Assembly (NCBI GenBank): GCA_951406725.2
Contig: OX597817.1
Coordinates: 134,788,001-134,852,000 of the forward strand
Reading direction: 5' to 3'
Source: Octopus vulgaris
Taxonomy: Eukaryota
DNA: 64,000 nucleotides
The position numbers and the translations under genes are program-made. How positions within the stretch are numbered: the stretch's first letter is position 1; every line of letters begins with the position of its first letter. The notes below the pieces were generated by a model. That model was not told the origin of the DNA. It saw only the letters and a program-made list of their open reading frames with translations, and searched no databases. Below, one piece after another: positions 54,883 through 64,000 of the stretch.

Positions 54883-55785
54883 AATGTGAGTATAAAATTC
54901 TTTTCGAAAAACATATTTTCTCGAAAAAAATAAAAATACCTTTAACGGTTAAATTTATAAACAATTCATATATGAGGGCAAAGGAAAAAAATTCTAATGC
55001 CAAATATGCCGAAAAATTGGACATATTGTCCATTAACCATATAATTTTTTCACAATACGCACGCTACTCGAAAAAAGGTCGACAGAAATTTCTAAAAAAA
55101 TTCCATTATTACCATATCGGACCGATTTCATGGTTAGCTACTAAGAGCCCTCTCTTCGTCAGTGATACATGTGGCAAAAGAAATAAATGAGATACTTACT
55201 CATACCCATGGAAGAAGCAAATACTAAGTCAAGGACACAACTAAGTACCCCAAATACATCCAAAACAGAAATACTCCAGCCCATTAACTTTAACCGTTAA
55301 AGGTATTTTTTAATATGCTGGCTATTGACAAAATTTTTTTCGAGAAAATATTTTTTTTCGAAAAGAATTTTATCCTCATATTTGATATAATATTAAGTGT
55401 TCACTTCCGAACTAACTAACTCACTCTGTGAGAGCCAAAGTTCAAATCGCACGTGCCTCGAATGGGCTGGAGTATTTCTGTTTTGGATGTATTTGGGGTA
55501 CTTAGTTGTGCCCATTACTTAGTATTTGCTTCTTCCATGGGTATGAATAAGTATCTCATTTATTTCTTTTGCCACATGTATCACTGACGAAGAGAGGGCT
55601 CTTAGTAACTAACTCTGAAATCGGTCCGATATGGTAATAATGGAATTTTTAGAAATTTCTGTCGACCTTTTTTCGAGTAGCGTGCGCATATTGGGAAAAA
55701 ATTATATGGTTAATGGACAATATGTCCAATTTTTCGGCATATTTGGCATTAGAATTTTTTTCCTTTGCCCTCATTTATGAATTGT
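54877..55785. mobile_element. Non-coding HHR element with interleaved inverted repeats A-B-A'-B' in (TA)n
   Basis: B 54961-55285 / B' 55461-55785; A 54877-54953 / A' 55289-55389; (TA)n on both sides. Confidence 0.85.
55579..55631 (+). ncRNA. Type-I hammerhead-like motif (mirror copy 55115-55167 on -)
   Basis: TATCA-CTGACGA-AGAG...CTCT-GAAAT-CG-GTC^CGATA; first stem I pair is an A-C mismatch. Confidence 0.65.
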
Positions 55786-55794
55786 ATATATATT

Positions 55795-55915
<121 letters not shown>

Positions 55916-55916
55916 A

Positions 55917-55956
<40 letters not shown>

Positions 55957-56034
55957 TTATGGTGGTTGTCTAATCCTTATGCAGAGTTTGACCACCTCCT
56001 GTACCTACACGTTAGAACCAACTGATGTGGATTT

Positions 56035-56508
56035 TTAAACCAGACAATGTTCTGAAAAGACACCCACATAGATTGCACATCCGATTTGGACCACCAAGAT
56101 CTGCAGATAAGTTCTGATCTTTGTGGATCTTGAAATGTCTTTTGAGGCCTCCGTTAGATTTGCAAACCTTCTAGCATACACTGCAATCAAACGTGTGCAC
56201 AGGCATATATACAGGATAGTTGGTAGAGGTTCATTTTCCATGGGTTCGCAAATGAGATTTGAGGCCAGCAAAAGAAAAGCATGGTCTGTCACAGACTGTG
56301 CACACAAAAAGGTCATTGTGATTCACCTTCTCGATCGTAATATTCTTCCTTGAATCTTTCTTGAGTATTGCATGCGTTATCCTGGCCTCTTCAAATTCTT
56401 TCACTCCACTCCACACTTTTGTTCGCCACCCAGCTCGATCGGAAGCAAGGGTTTCTATGTCTTCTGGATCCATTCCAAGTGGCTTCATGGTAGTTCTTAC
56501 GCAGTCTT
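56035..56508 (-). mobile_element. RTE-clade LINE 3' end
   Basis: GMDPEDIETLASDRAGWRTKVWSGVKEFE followed by a C2H2 motif FVCTVCDRPCFSFAGLKSHLRTH. Confidence 0.8.
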
Positions 56509-57402
56509 TCGGGGTTGATTAATTAAGTACTAGAGTGGATCTAATCGACTGGACCCGCTTCTCCCAAAATTTCAGGCCCTGTGCTGAAAGTAGAAAAGAA
56601 TATTCAATAATAAGGGAAGTCAGTGAGAATTATCTTCAGGTGGCGACCTGGTCGAATGGTTAGCACGCTAGGCAGAATAGTTAGCGTTATTTATGTTCTG
56701 AGTTCAAATTCCTCCGAGGTCGACTTTATTTCAACCTTTCGGAGTCGATATAATCGACTTACCCATCCCCTCAAAATTGCTGCCCTTGAGCCAAAATTTG
56801 AAACCAATATTCAGTGATAAGGAAGAATGGCGAACTGGTTAAAATCGCCGAACAAAATGCTTCGCAGCAGTTCTTCCGACTCTTTACATTTTGAGTTCAA
56901 ATGCTGCTAAGGTTGACTTTGCTATTCATCTTTTCGGAGTCGATTAAATGAGCAGCATTTGGACACTGGGTTCTATTAAATCAACTTACCCACTCCCTTG
57001 CTGTGCCAAACTTTTGGAAAATGTATTAATATATACAAACACAATCCTTCTTGATGGACTTGGCACCCACTGGACCATTTTTACATTTCTTCCTCTAACA
57101 TACGTACAAGTGTTTAACCTCACTAATCTCTTATAACTATCTGTCTTTTCAGCTGTGTGTATGTGAGAGAGAGAGAGAGGTGGAGGGAGAGAGAGAGTAT
57201 GTGTGTTGGAAAATGCTCCCTAGATAATCAGGGTTTATAATTACACCGACTTTAATTGAGTCCTGATAGAACTCTGCATTCTGAACAACAATATAGTAAT
57301 CAACTTATTAACAATATTCTTTATCCTTAATTTCATAATTATTATGAACAGAAATTATATTCAGAAATTAAATTACATTCGTCATTATTATTATTATTAT
57401 TA

Positions 57403-57509
<107 letters not shown>

Positions 57510-58979
57510 ATTATTATTATTATTGCTATAGAGTGAATTGAGTATTTCCTTTAAAGTACTTAAATACTTTGACCTTAATTGAATATTTTGCTTTCGACAT
57601 CAAAATATTGATTCCTCAGTGAAATATTGTGAAATGTGTTTGTATTAATATATTGTTTTGTCAGCAGTGTTTCACCTCGCTCTGTCAGTCTACCATACAC
57701 ACACATTGATAAAGGAGATGATGATGTAATTAAATTAGAGAGTAAACGTAAATATCCCTACGGTATCATTCACGCCGCTCATTGTAAAGGTTACCAGAGG
57801 TGAAGTCGTTGACAAGCTAAACTCCCCTCGTTCAATGACGAATAATAAAAGTTTCACTCGACAAACACAAGTTTGTAGCGAGAGCAGATCTACACGAGAT
57901 AAAGACGACGACGAGATAAAGACAGCCATGTTCGTGTAATTAACGGGAAATACTGAATAAACGGGAGAATGCTGAAAAGAAATTCTATACCATTACCATT
58001 AACGTTTCAATACTATTCCAGCAGGTTCCACAGAAAAACCATTCCGAAAATTCAATACAATTTACTTCATTCACATTGTTTATTTCTTGCTTTGTTATTT
58101 TCCTCTGCTCCACCATCATATCTTTTTTCCCCTTTATAGTCCGTTTGTTTGTTTGTTTATTCCTTTATATATTTATCTATTTATTTATTCGTGCTCTTCT
58201 GTCAGGTTTTCAATACAGGTAGTTATGCTAAATTTATCAGGCATCAGATTTTCCTTGTTTTTTTTTTTGTTTTTTTTTTTTAGTTTGTAAAAATAACTAA
58301 ATAAAGAAGTCCATTGTTTTAGCTTTACTGAAGCTAGTTCAATTGGTCCCTGGCTATAGCACAGCTTCTACATCTCGCTCTCTCTCTCCCTCTCCAAACT
58401 CCCTCTCTCACTCTCTCTCATCCTCACCCTTCTCCTCCACCCCTCTCTCTCTCTATCTGTCTCTTTCTTTTCTTCACCGTCGAAAGGAGGGGTTGGGGCG
58501 AAACAAACAGACTTCCAACAATAGGTTCTGCTGTCAGAAACAACGAACGGTAACGGAGTATTTGTCCATCTAGACACATTAGTAATGATATTCTGGGATA
58601 ATAAAAAAAACAAAAAAGAAACCACAGTAGCATGTCAGATTTAGGACCGATTTAACTGGCAAACTTAAAATAGTAGATTCACGAAAGCGGATCAAAATCG
58701 ATATGAGAATAATATCTTACATCATGTCAATAGCAACTGAACGATGCTAAATTCATTCTGTAATCGATAAACACAGAACCACTGGTGGGGTAGAACTATT
58801 TTAAGCCTTATATAACCCTGAGGTAGGGTAGGAGGCTCACAGTTGGCTAATAAATTAGGTACCTTGTTCCAGGTTGGAGGGTTGATGGTTCGATACACAT
58901 CGGTTACCTCGACACTGAGGTATGTTGAGAAATAAGCCAAACTTTAAAGAAGGTAACAGCTATGCTAGTGTTACCCAAC

Positions 58980-59810
58980 AGAGAGCCATTTGGGGATTAG
59001 AACCGACAGGTTTCAACACCACGGGAAACAGTTCTGTAAGAAAATCTGGGAACGAAGAATTGTTTGTGATATTTGTAGAACTTACCAAGGACTTTGGCCT
59101 TGGAAAATCAAGAAAGAGATGGGAGGTCAATAATTGTTCCTCAACATGGTCGTCTACCTCCACGAGAATCAGTGTAGCCAACTCAGATTCAACAACGAAC
59201 TCTCAAAACCCTTTCTAATAAGAAACAGTGTACGGAATAGTTGAACCCTTCCGCCAAATTTATTTTGCCAAGTTCTTCTATATGACACTCGCAAGAGCCA
59301 AGAAAATGTCAGTGAGGAGAACGATATATATATCAGATACCGGGCTGATGACACCCTGTTCAAATAGAAGCAACTTGTCACACACCAAGATACTGGAGTG
59401 GCTCAATCAGGAGTCAGTCTTCAGCAATAACGCTGCCTCTTTGATTCGCATAGAGTCAGTCCTACAGCATATAACATCCTGCTTTGAAGAGTTTGCATAG
59501 CCCTTAGAACCGGATGTCAGCTTAAAGAAAACGGAAGTTTTCTTCCAGCCCATGCTTGTTTGCATTGCTATCGATGAGATAACACTGAAGAAGATGCACC
59601 TGTCTAGCTACCTTGGGTGCGCCATCTCATCAGACGCAAACATCAACAAAAAGATTAACACTCTGGTTGAGGTAAATACCGACTTCGGGATATACTACAA
59701 ATAAGTTCTGCAACAGCAAACGTCATCGCGTAGAGAGTAGTTATACTGATTACTATATGGTAGGCACCGGATTGTGGGTGACCTACTCTCACTACCTACA
59801 TACCACCGTG
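58980..59810 (+). mobile_element. Decayed RTE(BovB-like) LINE RT fragment, interrupted by SINE C copy 3
   Basis: LFVIFVELTKDF (cf. FVDLTKAFD), VFSNNAASL...LQHITSCF (cf. LFADDCAL), VSLKKTEVFFQP, YLGCAISSDANINKKI. Confidence 0.7.
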
Positions 59811-59822
59811 AGTGTTTCTGGA

Positions 59823-60198
59823 TGGAAGCACTCCGTCGGTTACGACGATGAGGGTTCCAGTTGATCCGAATCAACGGAACAGCCTGCTCGTGAAATTAAC
59901 GTGTAAGTGGCTGAGCACTCCACAGACACGTGCACCCTTAACGTAGTTCTCGGGGATATTCAGCGTGACACAGAGAGTGACAAGGCCGGCCCCTTGAAAT
60001 ACAGGTACAACAGAAACAGGAAGTAAGAGTGTGAGAAAGTTGTGGTGAAAGAGTACAGCAGGGATCACCACCGTCCCCTGCCGAAGCCTCGTGGTGTTTT
60101 CGCTCAATAAACACTCACAACGCCCGGTCTGGGAATCGAAACCGCGATCCTATGACCGCGAGTCCGCTGCCCTATCCACTGGGCCATTGCGCCTCCAC
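59823..60198 (-). mobile_element. Young SINE family C, copy 3
   Basis: Reverse complement of the 23920 copy; TSD CGTGAGTG(T/C)TTCT (59807-59819 / 60199-60211). Confidence 0.9.
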
Positions 60199-60965
60199 CG
60201 TGAGTGCTTCTACACGTCACGCTTCCACACTGCTTTACATCTCCTCAGGAATAACTCGTTACCAATACCGAAGTCTTCAAAATGGCGTAGCACACAAACA
60301 CATAGTCATGACGATAGTTCCGTATATATGATCGAGGTGCACATCATACAGCCGTTCAGGAGACCTAGTTGTAAGTAACTACCATTAGCCAGAAGTATTC
60401 CTCTCTTTAAACAATGTTAACAGGGGCCAACTTCAGTCATTAGACTGCGGCCATGCTGGGGCACCGCCGTGAAGAATTCTTAGTCGGATGAATCGACCTC
60501 AGTAGTTATTTTTAGACTGGTACTTATTTCATCAGTCACTTTTGCCTAACCGCTAAGTAACGAGGCTGTAAACACACCGCCAGCAGTAGTTAAGAGTGGC
60601 AGAGGACATACATACACGCACATACTGACACATAAAGACTTTCTCGACTTCCCGAGAGTTAAACTAATACAACTGTCTTCGTTTTTTGTTTTTTTGTAAA
60701 TTCCAACTATATGTATATATATATATATATCCTTTCCCTTTCTCTTTTACTTGTTGCAGTCATGTGACTGTGGCCATGCTGGAGCAGGAGCACCGCCTTT
60801 AGTCAAGCAAATCGACCCCAGGACTTTGTGAGCCTAGTACTTATCGGTTTCTTTCGGTCTCTTTTCCCGAACCGCTAAGTTACGGGGACGTAACACCAGC
60901 ATCGGTTGTCAAGCGATGTTGCGGGGACAAACACATACGCACAAACATATACACACACAAACATG

Positions 60966-61115
<150 letters not shown>

Positions 61116-61255
61116 CTTGCGCCAACCAAATTCACTCACAAGGCCTTGGTCGGCCCGAGGTTATAGTAGGAGACTCTTCTTCAAGGTGCCACACAGTGGG
61201 ACTGAACCCGGAACCATGAGGTTCGTAAGCTACTTACCACAGAGCAACTCCTACG

Positions 61256-61302
<47 letters not shown>

Positions 61303-61676
61303 GACGGTCTTCTTTTAGTTTCCATCTACCAAATCCACGCACAACGATATTTGGTTGGGCCGAAGCTATAGTAGAAGACACTTGGCCAAAGCGCCATGCA
61401 GTGGGGACTGAACCCGGAAAGATGTGTTTGGGATGCAAGCATCTTACCACACTGCCACGTCTGCGCCTTGAGGTTATTGAGACCTCAAATGCCTTCTCAC
61501 TCGATGACCCTTTTACATCAGCAGCCAAGAACCATAGAAACCAATCCTGACCAACACGTTGAAGTATTGCTATTCGTCAAGATTTTCTTTCCACTGGAAT
61601 TAGAGGCAGAGCGAAGAGATCGGGTTTCAAGAGTACCTGCATGTGTGTGTGGTTTGTATGCCTTTGCGTCTGTACA

Positions 61677-61733
<57 letters not shown>

Positions 61734-61829
61734 AAGAGAGTAAGAATGGCGGACGAAGAGACTGACAATCAGCCGGAAAGGACAGAAGCAGAAAGTAGAA
61801 ACAGGAATCAGAATGCTCAGCTTGGGAAA

Positions 61830-61863
61830 TGAGCAGCAGCAGCAGCAGCAGTAGCAGTAGTAC

Positions 61864-61917
<54 letters not shown>

Positions 61918-62478
61918 CAGCAGCAGCCACCGCTGCCGCAGTAGTAGCAGGAGCAGTAGTAGTAGTAGTAGTAGTAGTAGTAGCAGCAGCAGTTGTCGTT
62001 GTAGTAGTGGTAGCAGTGATGGTGATGGTGATGGTGGTGGTGTGGTGGACATCGTTATCGCCGTTGTCGTGGTAGCAGCGGCGGTGGTGATATTGGTGGC
62101 GATGGTGGTGGTGGTGGTGACGATGGTGATGGTGGTGCTGCTGCTGGTGGTGATGTTAGTAATGTTGATAGTTAGTGGTGTGGCGATGGTGAAGTTTTGC
62201 AACGTGGAGATGAAGGTAGTGACGCTGGTAGTATGGCGTTAGAGATAGTGGTGGTGGTGGTGGTGGCGGTGGCAGTGTTGTAGCTGTTGTTGTTGTTGTG
62301 GTGGTGATAATAGTAGTGGTTGTTGTGATGGTGGTGGTGGTGGTGGTAGCGGTGGTGGCATTTGTTACACGTGCACAGAATTGCTTTGAAGAAAATCCAA
62401 TGGCGATGACGTAAGCAGTCGTAACACAGGTTTCCAGATGGAGATCCTACGATAAAAACCACAACAAAATGTGAGAGG

Positions 62479-62523
<45 letters not shown>

Positions 62524-62724
62524 CGATACACGCATGCGTACTCACACACGCAGTCACGCACATGGATGTACACTCCTATGCATGCACACACACACACAGA
62601 CGCACCCACACACACACTCATACACACATAGACACACATACAATACATATATGTGTATACACACAAACACATGCACGCAGGCATATTCACAAACGCGCGC
62701 ATACACATGCGTGCACACACACAA

Positions 62725-62763
<39 letters not shown>

Positions 62764-63423
62764 TGCATCTGATCTTCAGCAGCGTCAGTTGTTCCATTGA
62801 TTACCAATTTCTTCTCACATTCCTTAACGTGCCATTTCTATTGAAGGTAGTCTATGGTGGCGGCGGCGGTGGTTGTGTGTGTGTGTGTGTGTGTTGGGGG
62901 TGGGAATGAGATGGCAGTGGGGGTGCTGCTGTTTGAGGCGGAGGTGATGGTGGCGGCAGTGGTGGCGGAGGCGGCGGCGGCGGAGGTCACGGCGGCGGCA
63001 GCGGCGGCGGTGGTGGCTGTGGTGGTGGCGGTGGTGGTGGTGGTGGTAGGAATGGCAGTGAAGGTGGTGGTGCTGGGGACGGTAGGGGGTCGAGATATAA
63101 GTAGGGTATCCGCTTGCGTTATTTCGTTACATATATCGAAACATTTCTGTAATGAATTTACCACTCAGCTTCTCCCTCCTCCTCCTCATCCACATCATCA
63201 CCATGATGATGATGATGATGATGATGATTCTCATCATCATCATCGTCGTCGTCGTCGTCTTTGTTGTTGTCGTTATACTCATCATCATCATCACCACCCC
63301 ATCATCATCATCATCGTCATCACCATCATCACCACCCTATCATCAACATCATCATCATTACCACCACCATCATCATCATTATCATCATCATCACCATCTC
63401 CACCACCATCATCATCACCACCC

Positions 63424-63458
<35 letters not shown>

Positions 63459-63590
63459 CCATCACCACCATTATCATCACTACCACCTTCATCATCATCG
63501 TCATCACCATCGCCACCTTCATCATCAGCACCACCATCATCATCATTAACACCATGACCACCACCACAACCATCACCATCCTCTTCCCTG
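61830..63590. repeat. Trinucleotide low-complexity region ((AGT/AGC)n, (GGT/GGC)n, (CAT/CAC)n) mixed with (CA)n
   Basis: Direct reading; frames shift frequently. Confidence 0.9.
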
Positions 63591-64000
63591 TGATGCACGT
63601 GGCTGTTCTGCTTTACCCCCACCCCTCCGCCTCCCATTCAATTTTCTTCTTTTCTTTCTTTATTCCCTAAATCTCTTCTTTCTCTTACAAATGGTTCTAT
63701 TGGTGAGAAATTCTTTCGATAAAAAAATCTTTCGAACTTTCTCAATATTATTCCGTTCAGTATCACATTAGTCCAAATCGATAACGCTGTTAGATTATAA
63801 TAACTGAGATCGATGGTTCGATCCTTGTCACTACCACTTCTCTGTCACCATAGACAGAGGACTCAGCCTTCACCGCCGCCTTCACCCTACATCTCGTAAT
63901 AAAGTTTTTGTGAGAAAATCTCAATTTAATTCTTTCGTAAACGTTCTTCTAAATGCGATGGAATATCTCTGTAAAAACAGCGCGATTGACGTACCTATAG

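Noticed and set aside
61627-63670. Mucin-like Thr/Ala/His-rich ORFs
   Set aside because: Mixed trinucleotide repeats with frequent frame changes and embedded (CA)n; no coherent exon structure.

Overview
AT-rich, microsatellite-saturated eukaryotic non-coding DNA with no confidently identifiable host gene. The SINE families and repeat load suggest a cephalopod, probably Octopus (inference). Almost all ORF-track entries are microsatellite artefacts. Real content is transposon-derived: three tRNA-derived SINE families, remnants of CR1-, RTE- and RLE(R4/Dong-like)-type LINEs, a Penelope-like element (PLE: RT + GIY-YIG), a Tc1-like transposase with DD36E spacing, MITEs and a U2 snRNA fragment. The most striking signal is a recurring set of short non-coding elements inserted in (TA)n tracts. 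Each carries a type-I hammerhead ribozyme (HHR) with a short, usually palindromic stem III (sites near 1.3, 14.2, 22.4, 41.6/41.8, 44.6, 52.7/52.9 and 55.1/55.6 kb, plus decayed copies). Several form outward-facing inverted pairs, including a perfect 632-bp palindrome, and two show terminal redundancy or circular permutation. One is physically joined to a PLE 3' end. This looks like a (TA)n-targeting, PLE-mobilised, retrozyme-like system.
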